This document shows, one piece after another, positions 29,484 through 42,109 of a stretch of DNA of 64,000 bases. Source of the DNA: Phycisphaerae bacterium. GTDB taxonomy: Bacteria > Planctomycetota > Phycisphaerae > UBA1845 > Fen-1342. Location of the stretch: positions 32,001 to 96,000 of the forward strand of contig CAXXTC010000007.1 of the NCBI GenBank assembly GCA_963666925.2, in the 5' to 3' direction. Each line of letters starts with the position of its first letter. Within the stretch, counting starts at the first letter, position 1. The notes beneath the pieces are model-generated. The model ran no database searches, was not told the origin of the DNA, and worked only from the letters and a program-made list of their open reading frames with translations. A program made the translations under genes and the position numbers.

Positions 29484-30553
29484 GGGATCTTCCTCAGCAG
29501 CGTGGCGTCGAGCAGGGTCTGGAGGGCGAGGCAGATGAACGCGGTCAGCAGGAGCGGCCAAGCCAGGTCGCGCCATTCGACGTAGTGTTGTTCCTCGGTG
29601 CGGGTGCGTTCGAGCTGGTCGATGCGTTCGTAGATCTGGCGGAGGGCGGCGTTGTCGCGGGCGCGGAAGTGTTCGCCGCCGGTGACTTCGGCTATGTGCC
29701 TGAGGGCGCTGTCGTCGACGGGGACGCGGGCCCAGCCGGCGCGTTGGCCGGTGCCGGCGAGAATGGTGTAGACCTTGATGCCGTAGGTGGCGGCGAGTTC
29801 GCCGGCCTGGTCTGGTGTGATCATGCCGGAGTTGTTTTCGCCGTCGGTGAGGAGGATGACAATGCGGCTGCGGATGACGAGCTGGTCGCCGGAGCCGGTG
29901 GTGCGTTCAAGGTCTTTGAGTCGTTCGACGGCGAGGGCGAGGCCGTCGCCGATGGCGGTGTTCTGGGCTTCTTCGAGCGGGTGGCCGAGCCTATCGACGG
30001 GGATTTCGATGTCGGCGAGCGTGTTGAGGACGGTGTCGTGGTCGAGGGTTAGGGGGCAGACGCTGTCAGCGTAGCGGGCGAAACGGATGATGCCGACGAG
30101 GTCGTTGGGTCGGCCGGGGAGTTCGCCGTCGCCGGCGACGAAGCGGCGGAATACGTCCTTGACGACGTCGAGGCGGGTCTGTTCGGGGCCGCGGCGGGGC
30201 GAGAGGTCGGTGTCGGTCATGCTCCAGGAGGTGTCGAGGACCATCTGAATAGCAATGCCCTCGACGAACACCCGGCTGGACTCGTTGGGGGTCTGGGGGC
30301 GGGCAACAGCGACGATCAGAGCGAGCAGTGCGACGGTGCGCAGGATCGGCAGCGCGAGCCGGAGGTGGCGGCGGGTGGCGCCGCCGGCGCTGCGCAGGGC
30401 GGCGAGGCCGGAATAACGGATCACGGTGCGCCGACGCGGATGCAGGAGCAGAATCCAGACGATGGGGACGAGGATGATCAGCGTGAGGGCCCAGACCCAC
30501 GGCAGGGGCCAGCAAAGCCAGGCGGGCGTGAGTGGCAGGTGAATGTGGGTCAT
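29480..30553 (-). CDS. BatA-like VWA domain protein
   Basis: ARPQ, LDTSWSM (MIDAS), CPLTLDH, TAIGDGL, LLTDGENNSG, GIKVYTI. Confidence 0.9.
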   Translation of the reverse strand: MTHIHLPLTPAWLCWPLPWVWALTLIILVPIVWILLLHPRRRTVIRYSGLAALRSAGGATRRHLRLALPILRTVALLALIVAVARPQTPNESSRVFVEGIAIQMVLDTSWSMTDTDLSPRRGPEQTRLDVVKDVFRRFVAGDGELPGRPNDLVGIIRFARYADSVCPLTLDHDTVLNTLADIEIPVDRLGHPLEEAQNTAIGDGLALAVERLKDLERTTGSGDQLVIRSRIVILLTDGENNSGMITPDQAGELAATYGIKVYTILAGTGQRAGWARVPVDDSALRHIAEVTGGEHFRARDNAALRQIYERIDQLERTRTEEQHYVEWRDLAWPLLLTAFICLALQTLLDATLLRKIP

Positions 30554-31617
30554 GCCGCCGCCCCTTCGGATTGATCGGTGTCGGAAGATGCGATGGCGCT
30601 GACCGCGGTGGCCTGGACGAACGCGCGGGCGGTGCGAAGGACCGCGTCGGCGTCGTCGCGACGGGGTTCGAGAGCGGCGTATTTGACCAGGTCGCAGGCT
30701 TCGAGGAAGGCGCGCAGGGCGTCGGTGTCGTAGGGCAGCGTCGGACGCTCGCGCGGCAGCGTGGCGAGGAATTCCTCGGTGGTCATCTCGGGGGCGGCGA
30801 GGCCGAACTTGCGTTCGATGTAGCTGCGAACGATTTCCGTCAGGCGGTAGTAATAGTCGCGGATGCGGCCTGAGCCGGGGAGATCGGCGCGTTCGAGATC
30901 AGCCAGTTCGCGCAGGGCCCAGACTTCGGGCAGGATGGGCGGCGGCGGGCGGCAGGCGCGGCGGCGAAGGATGATGATCAGGCCGGCGATCGCGGCGAGG
31001 GCGAGGATGATTCCGGCGATGATCAGTGTCCATTGGCCGGCGGTCAACGGCGGCTTCGGGACGACGAGCGCGGTGGTGACGTCGCGCGGGTCGGCCGGCG
31101 AATCGGTCTCGGTCAGCACCGATCGCACCGTTACTTTGAGCGGATTGCTGACCAGCTCGTTGGCGAAGGTGGGTTGGGTGGCGACGTCGTCGGCGGTGTG
31201 GCGATAGGTGACGGTGAGCGGCGGGATTTCGAGCTCACCCGATGCGAGCGGGACAGTTTCGAGGCGTTTGCGCCAGACGATGCCCGGCGGCGCCGGCCGG
31301 GGGCCGACGGTTTCACCCGGCGTGACCGCGAGCCCGCCCAATTCTTCGATGTCGGGGAGCTGGGCTTCGTAGCCATCGGGGGCGCGGAACTCGACGTCGA
31401 TGGTGAGCGCGTCGCCGACCATGATCGTGGCGGGGTGCACGACGACGGCGAGCTTCAGCGGGCCGCGGGTGACTTCGTCGCGCAGCTCGTTGGTGGTTGT
31501 TTCCGGCTCGTGCTGCTCGCAGCCGACGAGGGTGGCCGCCAGCAGCAGCGCCAGCGGCGTGAGCCGGCGGGCGGCGGCGCGGGGAGCGGTGCGGATGGTG
31601 TGCGCAACAATACTCAT
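30550..31617 (-). CDS. Bat-cluster membrane protein (Ig-like periplasmic domain plus TM)
   Basis: Lipobox-like LVGC, single TM, YYYRLTEIVRSYIE...APEMTTEEFL, DLVKYA; typical of the gene between DUF58 and batA. Confidence 0.75.
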   Translation of the reverse strand: MSIVAHTIRTAPRAAARRLTPLALLLAATLVGCEQHEPETTTNELRDEVTRGPLKLAVVVHPATIMVGDALTIDVEFRAPDGYEAQLPDIEELGGLAVTPGETVGPRPAPPGIVWRKRLETVPLASGELEIPPLTVTYRHTADDVATQPTFANELVSNPLKVTVRSVLTETDSPADPRDVTTALVVPKPPLTAGQWTLIIAGIILALAAIAGLIIILRRRACRPPPPILPEVWALRELADLERADLPGSGRIRDYYYRLTEIVRSYIERKFGLAAPEMTTEEFLATLPRERPTLPYDTDALRAFLEACDLVKYAALEPRRDDADAVLRTARAFVQATAVSAIASSDTDQSEGAAA

Positions 31618-32489
31618 CGGCGGCGCCCCCGCTGGCGGAAGAAACGGGTCAGTGGATCAACGAATGACGCGCCGGTTTCGACCTCCAACAGGTCGATGCG
31701 CAGGCGACGCAGTTCGTTGAGCAGATTGTCGCGGCGCTGGTCGGCGAGTTGGGCAACGCGCCGGCGAAAACTCGGCGAGCTGGTGTCGACGAGCAGTTGC
31801 TCGCCGGTCTCGGGGTCGAGCAATTCGACGTAGCGGACCGCGGGCAGCTCCAGCTCACGGCGATCGCGCACCAGGACGGGGATGAGATCGTGGCGGAAGC
31901 GGGCGATGCGCAGCGGGTCGCGGAAATCGGGCGATTGGAAGTCGCTGATCAGGAAAACGACGGCCCGGCGGCGCAGTACGCGGTTCAAATATTCGAGGGC
32001 GGCGGCGATATTGGTGCCCTGGCCGGCGGGCTGGTGATAGAGCAGCTCGCGGACGACGCGCAGGACGTGGCGGGTACCCTTGCGGGCGGGGACGAAACGC
32101 TCGACGCGGTCGGTGAAGAGGATCATCGCGACCTTGTCGTTGTTTTCGATGGCGGAGAAGGCCAGCGTGGCGCCGAGCTCGGCCACCAGCTCGCTCTTGA
32201 GCTGCTGGTTGGTGCCGAAATCCTGCGAGTGGCTGACGTCGACCAGGAGGACGACGGTCAGCTCGCGTTCTTCGCGGAAGGTTTTAACGAAGGGGTGGCC
32301 GGAGCGGGCGGTGACGTTCCAGTCGATGGTGCGGATGTCGTCGCCGGGCTGATATTCGCGGACCTCCTCGAACTCCATGCCGCGGCCCTTGAAGGCGGAG
32401 TGATACTGACCGGCGAACATGTCCTGAACCATGGCCGACGTGACGATCTGAATTCGGCGGACTTTTTTGAGCACCTTGGCCGGGATCAT
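31614..32489 (-). CDS. DUF58 domain protein
   Basis: GRGMEFEEVREYQPGDDIRTIDWNVTAR, REERELTV, VFLISDF. Confidence 0.93.
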   Translation of the reverse strand: MIPAKVLKKVRRIQIVTSAMVQDMFAGQYHSAFKGRGMEFEEVREYQPGDDIRTIDWNVTARSGHPFVKTFREERELTVVLLVDVSHSQDFGTNQQLKSELVAELGATLAFSAIENNDKVAMILFTDRVERFVPARKGTRHVLRVVRELLYHQPAGQGTNIAAALEYLNRVLRRRAVVFLISDFQSPDFRDPLRIARFRHDLIPVLVRDRRELELPAVRYVELLDPETGEQLLVDTSSPSFRRRVAQLADQRRDNLLNELRRLRIDLLEVETGASFVDPLTRFFRQRGRRR

Positions 32490-32631
32490 GGGGTGCGGTC
32501 CTCAGTTTGGGAGCGTCCGGGATACGCACCGGGCGCGGGGGTCTTTAATTTTAGCGATGGGAGAGGCTGTGAAAAGTGCTCGGAAAACGGCGTGGTGGGG
32601 GAGCGGGGATGCAGACGCGGGCCGTGGAGGG

Positions 32632-33469
32632 TTAGTCGTCGCGTAGGCCGGTGCCGAGGATGACGTCGTTCAGGCTGCCGGAGCGGAAGCCGCGGAGATC
32701 GAGCGCGACGTAGGCGAAGCCCAGGGCGCGTAGTTTGGCGTCGATTTCGGCCCGCAGACACGGGTCGGCCAGGCGAGGAATCTGGTCGGCGGGGAGCTCT
32801 ATTCGGGCGAGTTGGTCGTGGTGGCGCACGCGGCATTCGCGGAAGCCTAGCTCGCGCAGGACGGTTTCGGCCCGGTCGATACGGGCGAGCTTATCGGGCG
32901 TCACCTCCTGGCCGTAGGGAATGCGCGAGGCGAGACAGGGGGCGGCGGGCTTGTCGGCGATGCGCACGCCCAAGGTGGCGCCGAGGGTGCGCAGCTCGGA
33001 CTTGGTGAGGCCGACGTCTGCCAGCGGGGCGACGATGTGCTGCTCGGCGGCCGCCCGCAGGCCGGGGGCGGTAATCGTCCAGGTCGTCGGCGTTGGTGCC
33101 GCTGATGACGGCCGCCAAGTCGCGCTGTCGAGCCAGGGCGAGCAGCTTGCCATACAGCTCGATCCTGCAATGGTAACAGCGGTCGGCGGGGTTGGCGGTG
33201 TAGTTGGGGTTGTCGAGTTCGGCGGTGTCGACGAATTCGTGCGGGGCGTCGAACTCGGCGGCCAGATTGACGGCATCGTCGTGCTCGGCGCGGGGCAGGC
33301 TGGGGCTGCGCCCGGTGACCGCGAGCACGTGGTCGCGTCCGAGCGTGTCCAGCGCGACCTTGAGCAGGACGGCGCTGTCGACGCCGCCGGAATGGGCGAC
33401 CAGGACGGAGCGCAGCTCGCGCAGACGTTGTTGGAGCTGGTTCAGCTTGTTTTGGAGCGTTGGGTCCAT
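32632..33469 (-). CDS. larE: ATP-dependent sulfur transferase LarE family; +1 frameshift at a G run near 33064-33068
   Basis: SGGVDS PP-loop, NPADRCYHC, GTNADDLDDYRP in one frame; PLADVGLTK, PCLASRIPYG, RVRHH, GFRSGSLN in the other. Confidence 0.85.
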
Positions 33470-33492
33470 GGTTCTTAACGCGGTGCGGGGCG

Positions 33493-34407
33493 TCAGTCGG
33501 GGGCGGCTGCGGGTTTTTGTAGCAGTGCCAGCAGCAGTCCACTGAGGATATACATGAGAGCCAGCACGACCAGGAGCAATTCGAATGAGTACCAGCCCAG
33601 GCCGACGATGACGAGTAGCCAGACCAGGTGGGTGGGCGGTCGTTTGCTGCGGACGTAGACGTTGAAAACGTGCACGTATGAGATGCGGCTGACCATGAGC
33701 AGTCCGACGGCGAAGGCGGTGATGGCCATTATCCAGCGTGAGACGGCTGGCCAGTTGATGCCCCAGAGGTCGAAGCCGGTGGTGCGCAGGTGTTCGTGCA
33801 GTGCGAGGAGGGCGGCTATGATCGCGGCGGCTCCGGGGCTGGGCAGGCCGCTGAAAGCGCGTTGGGCGGATTCGCCCTTGACGTTTTCGGCGTTGTAGCG
33901 GGCGAGTCGAATGGCGGCGCAGGCGACGTAGACCAGAGCAGCGAGCAGGCCAACGCGGAATTGGAGGCGGGTGACGTCGGGCAGTTCAGACGCGGTGTCG
34001 ACGGCGGGCCGCAAGAGGAGCGTGACCAGCAGGACGGCGGGTGCCAGGCCGAAACTGACGATGTCGGAGATGGAATCGAGCTGTGCGCCGAATTCGCTGG
34101 TGCGGCGGGTGATGCGGGCGAGCCGACCGTCGAGCGCGTCAAAGACCATTGCGAGGATGATCAGGTAAGCGCCGGCGGCGATGTGCGTGGGGAAGAGCTG
34201 TTCGAAGACGGGGTAGAAGACGCGCGGCTGGACGGCGAACAGCTCGGCGTATTCGGCCCGGACGGACAGCAGGCAGCAGAAGACGGCGAAGAACCCGCAG
34301 ATCAGGTTGCCGAGCGTGGCGGCGGAGGGCAGTAAGCTGATTCCGATAAGGCGGCGGCGCGGGCGTTCGACCGGGATGACGTTGCGCTCCGGCTCCTGGG
34401 TGATCAT
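33493..34407 (-). CDS. pssA: CDP-diacylglycerol--serine O-phosphatidyltransferase
   Basis: DALDGRLAR...SEFGAQLDSISDIVSFG, RLARYN, FSGLPSP; adjacent to psd. Confidence 0.9.
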   Translation of the reverse strand: MITQEPERNVIPVERPRRRLIGISLLPSAATLGNLICGFFAVFCCLLSVRAEYAELFAVQPRVFYPVFEQLFPTHIAAGAYLIILAMVFDALDGRLARITRRTSEFGAQLDSISDIVSFGLAPAVLLVTLLLRPAVDTASELPDVTRLQFRVGLLAALVYVACAAIRLARYNAENVKGESAQRAFSGLPSPGAAAIIAALLALHEHLRTTGFDLWGINWPAVSRWIMAITAFAVGLLMVSRISYVHVFNVYVRSKRPPTHLVWLLVIVGLGWYSFELLLVVLALMYILSGLLLALLQKPAAAPD

Positions 34408-35054
34408 GTCGATTCCTTTAGCCGCAAGAGCGGGCTGGCGCCGGCGGAGACGTGTTGGCCGACGGTGGCCAGCACCTCCCAGCGTGGATCTTCGGGGACG
34501 GTGAGTTCGGTTCGGGAGCCGAGTTTGATCATGCCGAAGCGTTGGCCGGCGGCCAGTGTGTCGTTGATGTTGGCGGCGCAGACAATCCGGCGGGCGAGGA
34601 TGCCGGCGATCTGGCGGACCTGAACCGGGCCGGGGATGGGCTCAGCGGGCTTGAGCGTGACGGTGTTGCACTCGTTTCGCTGGTTGGCGGCGGGATTGAG
34701 GGCGTTGAGGAACTCGCCGGGGTGATAATCCAGGGCGGTGACGCGGCCGGCACAGGGGCTGCGATTGAGATGCACGTCGAGGACGCTGAGGAAGATCATG
34801 ATGCGGAGGGCGGTGTTGCCGGCGGGGTCGGCGACCTGGCGTTCGATTGAGACGACGCGTCCGTCGGCCGGCGCCATCAGCAGCCGGGGATCGGCGGGGA
34901 TGGTGCGTTGTGGGTCGCGGAAGAAGGTCAGGACGGCGATCGTGAGTGCGGCGGGCAGCAGCGCCCACCAGCCGGCGACATGTGCCACCGCGCTGGTTAG
35001 CAGTAGTCCGACGAAGATGATGATGGCGATCTCGGTGCGGGCGTAGGAAGTCAT
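34404..35054 (-). CDS. psd: Phosphatidylserine decarboxylase proenzyme
   Basis: FFRDP, APADG, IFLSVLDVHLNRSP, QIAGILARRI, GMIKLGSR self-cleavage motif. Confidence 0.93.
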   Translation of the reverse strand: MTSYARTEIAIIIFVGLLLTSAVAHVAGWWALLPAALTIAVLTFFRDPQRTIPADPRLLMAPADGRVVSIERQVADPAGNTALRIMIFLSVLDVHLNRSPCAGRVTALDYHPGEFLNALNPAANQRNECNTVTLKPAEPIPGPVQVRQIAGILARRIVCAANINDTLAAGQRFGMIKLGSRTELTVPEDPRWEVLATVGQHVSAGASPLLRLKEST

Positions 35055-35069
35055 TGGACGATTGTCCTG

Positions 35070-35918
35070 TTAGTCGTCGAGCAATTCTCCGATCAGACGT
35101 GCCACGCCACAATCAACGTTATTGTCGGTTATGCGGTCGGCGACGTCTTTGAGTGCCGGTTTGGCGTTGGCCATGGCGACGCCGAGGCCGGCTGAGCGCA
35201 CCATGTCCAGGTCGTTGACGTCGTCGCCGACGGCGGCGGTTTGGGCCGGGTCGATGTTCCATCGCTGGCAGAGGTTGTGTACGGCGACCCACTTGTTGAT
35301 GCCGGCGCGGAAGGTCTCGATAAGCGAGAGGTTGTAGGGTGGCACGTGGAGGACGTTGTGCGTGAGCCGGCCGTCGAAAGCCTGGCTGAGCATTGGGGAT
35401 AGTGATTCGAGGATGGGCCCGTCGTCGATGATGGACAGCCGCAGCGGCAGGCCGGCCGTCTCGGGTATTTCGTCCACTTCGTCGACGACACAGGGGGTGC
35501 GTTGTTTCCAGCCGTCGACGGCTGGGTGGCGATTGGGGCCGGCGATGATGTAGCCGTCGGTGCCGACCTCTTCCGGGTCGGTGAGCCACATGACGGGGTA
35601 GCCGCGGGTATGGAACCAGGCGGAGGCCTCGCGAGCGAGGTTGGGGTCCATCTGGACACGGGAGATGGTGCGGCCGGTGCGGACGTCGGTCACCAGGGCA
35701 CCGAAGACCGAGACGGTGGCGTCGAGGTCGAGGCCGATTTGGTCGAGGATGCGGCGGGTCTCGGTGAAAGAGCGGCCGGTGCAGAGGACGATTTTGATGC
35801 CGGCATCGTGGGCGCGGTGCAGTGCGGCACGATTGTCCGCGGGGACCTGATGGGCCGCATCGAGCAGGGTGCCATCGAGATCGATGGCCAGCAGACGGCA
35901 TTTGAAGTGGGCGGTCAC
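35070..35918 (-). CDS. Cof-type HAD-IIB hydrolase
   Basis: IDLDGTLL, CTGR, NKW, GDDVNDLDM, GVAMANA. GTG 35918 has a GGAG RBS; alternative ATG at 35972. Confidence 0.9.
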   Translation of the reverse strand: MTAHFKCRLLAIDLDGTLLDAAHQVPADNRAALHRAHDAGIKIVLCTGRSFTETRRILDQIGLDLDATVSVFGALVTDVRTGRTISRVQMDPNLAREASAWFHTRGYPVMWLTDPEEVGTDGYIIAGPNRHPAVDGWKQRTPCVVDEVDEIPETAGLPLRLSIIDDGPILESLSPMLSQAFDGRLTHNVLHVPPYNLSLIETFRAGINKWVAVHNLCQRWNIDPAQTAAVGDDVNDLDMVRSAGLGVAMANAKPALKDVADRITDNNVDCGVARLIGELLDD

Positions 35919-36158
35919 GACGCCAGACTCCGGAACGGGGCTACGGGTACAAGGTCTTATATTGTCGTCCATGCGGGGGCTGGTGCAAAGCGCCGTTGGG
36001 AGAGTGGGTAGCAGGGCTTGCAGAAACGCACGCGGATGGGGTTATACTGCGCAGGGCGGCGCGGGACGTGCCGAAGTGCTTGGTCGGCGCTCCGAGGCGA
36101 CCGCTCGGGAACGGATAATGACCGTCAACGCGCGCATTTCCCACGGAGATACTCCCCC

Positions 36159-37067
36159 ATGTCCACACGGGTGCAGACCATGAGCGCCGCGACCGAGGGG
36201 CCCGGCAAGATGACGCAGGCGGTGCGGCGAGTGGCCCTGGTCGGCTCGCCCGACAAGGAGCGCGTCAGCACGATCATGAGCCGAACGCGGCGCTGGTTGC
36301 AGACCCGGGCCGAGGTGGTTTTCAACGAGGTCACCTACGACACGCAGCGGGCGCTGGCAGCGCGGCCGGATCTGATCGTGGTGTTCGGCGGCGACGGTAC
36401 GCTGATCGCGGCGGTGCACGGGCTGCGCGAGCACCAGGTGCCGATATTGGGGATCAACCTCGGGAAGTTGGGATACCTGGCGGATTTCACGGTTGCAGAA
36501 CTGGAGCGCGAGGGGGAGTTTCTGTTCTCTGGCGAGTTGCCGATTACGCGGCGGATCATGATGAACGTGACCGTCGAGCATGCTGATGGGAGTGCGTCGC
36601 AGTCGCCGGCGGTGAACGACTGCGTGATTCTGGCCGGCCCGCCGTTTCACATGGTGCAGGTGCAGGTTGAGGCGGACGGTGACAAGGTGGCTGATATTCG
36701 CGGGGACGGGTTGATTATCGCCACGCCATCGGGCTCGACGGCGCACAACCTGGCCGCGGGCGGGCCGGTGGTGGAGCCGACGGGCGAGTCGTTCATACTG
36801 ACGCCGATTTGTCCGCAGGCGCTGACCTTCCGGCCGCTGGTGATGAACGCCCGACGGCGGATCGTGTTGCGGGTGACGCAGGCCAACCAGGGTACGGCAC
36901 TGGTCGTGGACGGCCGGGTGGTAAGTGGTTTTCAGCCGAGCGACCGGATTGTAATCACGCGGCACGTGGCTGACTTTCTGCTGGTCCGCAACCCGCAGCA
37001 CAACCAGTGGTACGCGCTGCGGCGCAAGCTACGCTGGGGCGAAGGGCCGAATATGCACCAGCGGTGA
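36159..37067 (+). CDS. nadK: NAD(+) kinase
   Basis: GGDGT, GINLGKLGYL, ND, DGLIIATPSGSTAHNLAAGGP. Confidence 0.95.
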   Translation: MSTRVQTMSAATEGPGKMTQAVRRVALVGSPDKERVSTIMSRTRRWLQTRAEVVFNEVTYDTQRALAARPDLIVVFGGDGTLIAAVHGLREHQVPILGINLGKLGYLADFTVAELEREGEFLFSGELPITRRIMMNVTVEHADGSASQSPAVNDCVILAGPPFHMVQVQVEADGDKVADIRGDGLIIATPSGSTAHNLAAGGPVVEPTGESFILTPICPQALTFRPLVMNARRRIVLRVTQANQGTALVVDGRVVSGFQPSDRIVITRHVADFLLVRNPQHNQWYALRRKLRWGEGPNMHQR

Positions 37068-37207
37068 GCGGAGACTGTGCCACACTTCGTTTTCCACCCC
37101 GTGCTGCGCAACGGGATGGGCACTCGTTGTTTGCGTAACAACGTTACAACGTCTTTGGGGGCGGGGCGTTTTTGTTGTGCGCCTCGGTTGGCGGGGGCGA
37201 GTGAATC

Positions 37208-38083
37208 TCAGACTTGCTGAGCGATGTAGCGGGCGAGTTGGATCTGGATCACGTCGTACAGGAAGTGGGCGATGATGACCGCGAGCAAGCTGCGGGTGAA
37301 GAGGAAGCTGAGGGCCAGGGCGATGCCGAGGAAAACCACCTGCACGATGGCGAGCCCGCCCTGGGCGATGTGCATGCTGGCGAAGATCAGGCTCGAGATC
37401 AGGATCGCGAATATCCAGTTGCAGCCCACGCGGCGCAGGTAGGGCAGCAGCAGCCCGCGGTAAAGCAGCTCTTCCTGGATGGCGACGGGGATGATAAGGA
37501 GCACGGTCGCTACCAGGCTGTTGGTCGGGATGAACTCCATGAACTGTACGCGCTGCTCGAGGTCCTCTTTGAGTTCGGGCACGAAGGCCACGAGCAGGAA
37601 GATAACGAGCATGGTCGCGATGGTGGCGACGTATACGGCGCCCAGGGCCGGCAGACTGAGCAGGCTCTGTATGTGCCAGCGGTCGAGTTGTACGCCGATG
37701 CAGCGGGCGGGCAGGCGGTGGCGATGGACGAGGTAGAGCGCCAGGCCGACGACGAGGAAGGCGCTGAGGTATGTGCTGCGGATGAGCAGCCAGTGGAGCG
37801 CTGAGGGCGGAAGGGTGGCCTGCATATCCCCCAGGCCGGAACTGGCCAGGGCACTCACGACCTGCTGGGCGAAGGGGATGATCAGTCCGGCGAAGAGGAC
37901 GAGGAGGAGGTCCCAGGCGGCTTGGCGACGGGAAAGCATGTCCAGCGGCGGCAGGCCGAAAAGCGGGCGGTAGAGGGGTGGCTGCGGTGGCGCGGCGATT
38001 GGCCGGGCGGTGATGACCATGTCGGTGGGCGGCACGTCGGCGGGCGGCAGGTTGATTGGATGTTCGGGCGGCAAGTCTGACAT
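37208..38083 (-). CDS. CPBP (CAAX/Abi) family intramembrane metalloprotease
   Basis: EELLYRG, FASMH, IIAHFLYD; multiple TMs. ATG 38083 has an AGGAG RBS. Confidence 0.9.
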   Translation of the reverse strand: MSDLPPEHPINLPPADVPPTDMVITARPIAAPPQPPLYRPLFGLPPLDMLSRRQAAWDLLLVLFAGLIIPFAQQVVSALASSGLGDMQATLPPSALHWLLIRSTYLSAFLVVGLALYLVHRHRLPARCIGVQLDRWHIQSLLSLPALGAVYVATIATMLVIFLLVAFVPELKEDLEQRVQFMEFIPTNSLVATVLLIIPVAIQEELLYRGLLLPYLRRVGCNWIFAILISSLIFASMHIAQGGLAIVQVVFLGIALALSFLFTRSLLAVIIAHFLYDVIQIQLARYIAQQV

Positions 38084-38216
38084 GCTGCTCCTGCTGTTGC
38101 GGATGGGCGGCGGTGGGCCGATCGACGCGGGCGTCGGTCGGCGTGCGGTTGCTCCGCGGGAACAGTGCACGATAATAACCGGTCGAGAGAGTTTGGCAGT
38201 TCTGCGCGGAGATCGT

Positions 38217-41298
<3,082 letters not shown>

Positions 41299-41300
41299 GC

Positions 41301-42080
41301 ATGGCGACGCAGCCTCCGCTGGATCCGCAGAAGGAGTTGGGATTGCCGCGGTCGGTGTTGCCGCGGCACGTGGCGATCATCATGGACGGCAACGGGCGCT
41401 GGGCGCAGCAGCGGGAGTTGCCGCGGATCGAAGGTCATCGGCACGCGTCGGAGGCGGTGCGGGCGGCGGTGACGCATTGTGCCCGGCTGTCGATCGAGTG
41501 TTTGACGCTGTACAGCTTCAGCCTGGAGAACTGGAAGCGGCCGCGGGCCGAAGTGGACGGGCTGATGTCGCTGTACGCGGAATATCTGGCGTCGGAGCGT
41601 GGCACGATCATGGACAACAACATCCGCGTGAAGCAGGTCGGGCGGCGCGTGGGGTTGCCGGAGGCAGTGCTGCGCGAGCTGGACGAGACCGAGCGCATCA
41701 GCCGGGATAACACCGGGCTGGTTTTGTGCCTGGCGCTGAATTACGGCTCGCGGAGCGAGATTGTGGATGCGGTGCGCGGGTTGGCGCGGCAGGTGCAGGA
41801 AGGGACGCTGGAGCCGGCGCAGATCGACGAGGAGCGCATCGGCAACGCGTTGTATACGGCCGGGTTACCGGACCCGGACCTGGTGATTCGGACGGCGAGC
41901 GAGATGCGGATCAGCAATTTTCTGCTCTGGCAGATCAGCTATGCGGAGCTGTACGTGACGCCGGTGTTGTGGCCGGAGTTCCGTGTGAAACACTTGAACG
42001 AGGCGATCCTGGAATTTGCGCGTCGGCAGCGCCGGTTTGGCGGCATCGAAAGCGTGCGGCCCACGGGCCCGCAGCCGTAG
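41301..42080 (+). CDS. uppS: Isoprenyl (undecaprenyl) diphosphate synthase
   Basis: HVAIIMDGNGRWA, FSLENWKRP, PDPDLVIRT, RISNFLLWQ. Confidence 0.97.
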   Translation: MATQPPLDPQKELGLPRSVLPRHVAIIMDGNGRWAQQRELPRIEGHRHASEAVRAAVTHCARLSIECLTLYSFSLENWKRPRAEVDGLMSLYAEYLASERGTIMDNNIRVKQVGRRVGLPEAVLRELDETERISRDNTGLVLCLALNYGSRSEIVDAVRGLARQVQEGTLEPAQIDEERIGNALYTAGLPDPDLVIRTASEMRISNFLLWQISYAELYVTPVLWPEFRVKHLNEAILEFARRQRRFGGIESVRPTGPQP

Positions 42081-42109
42081 GACGCGCTCAAACAGGGAGC
42101 ACACGAGCG

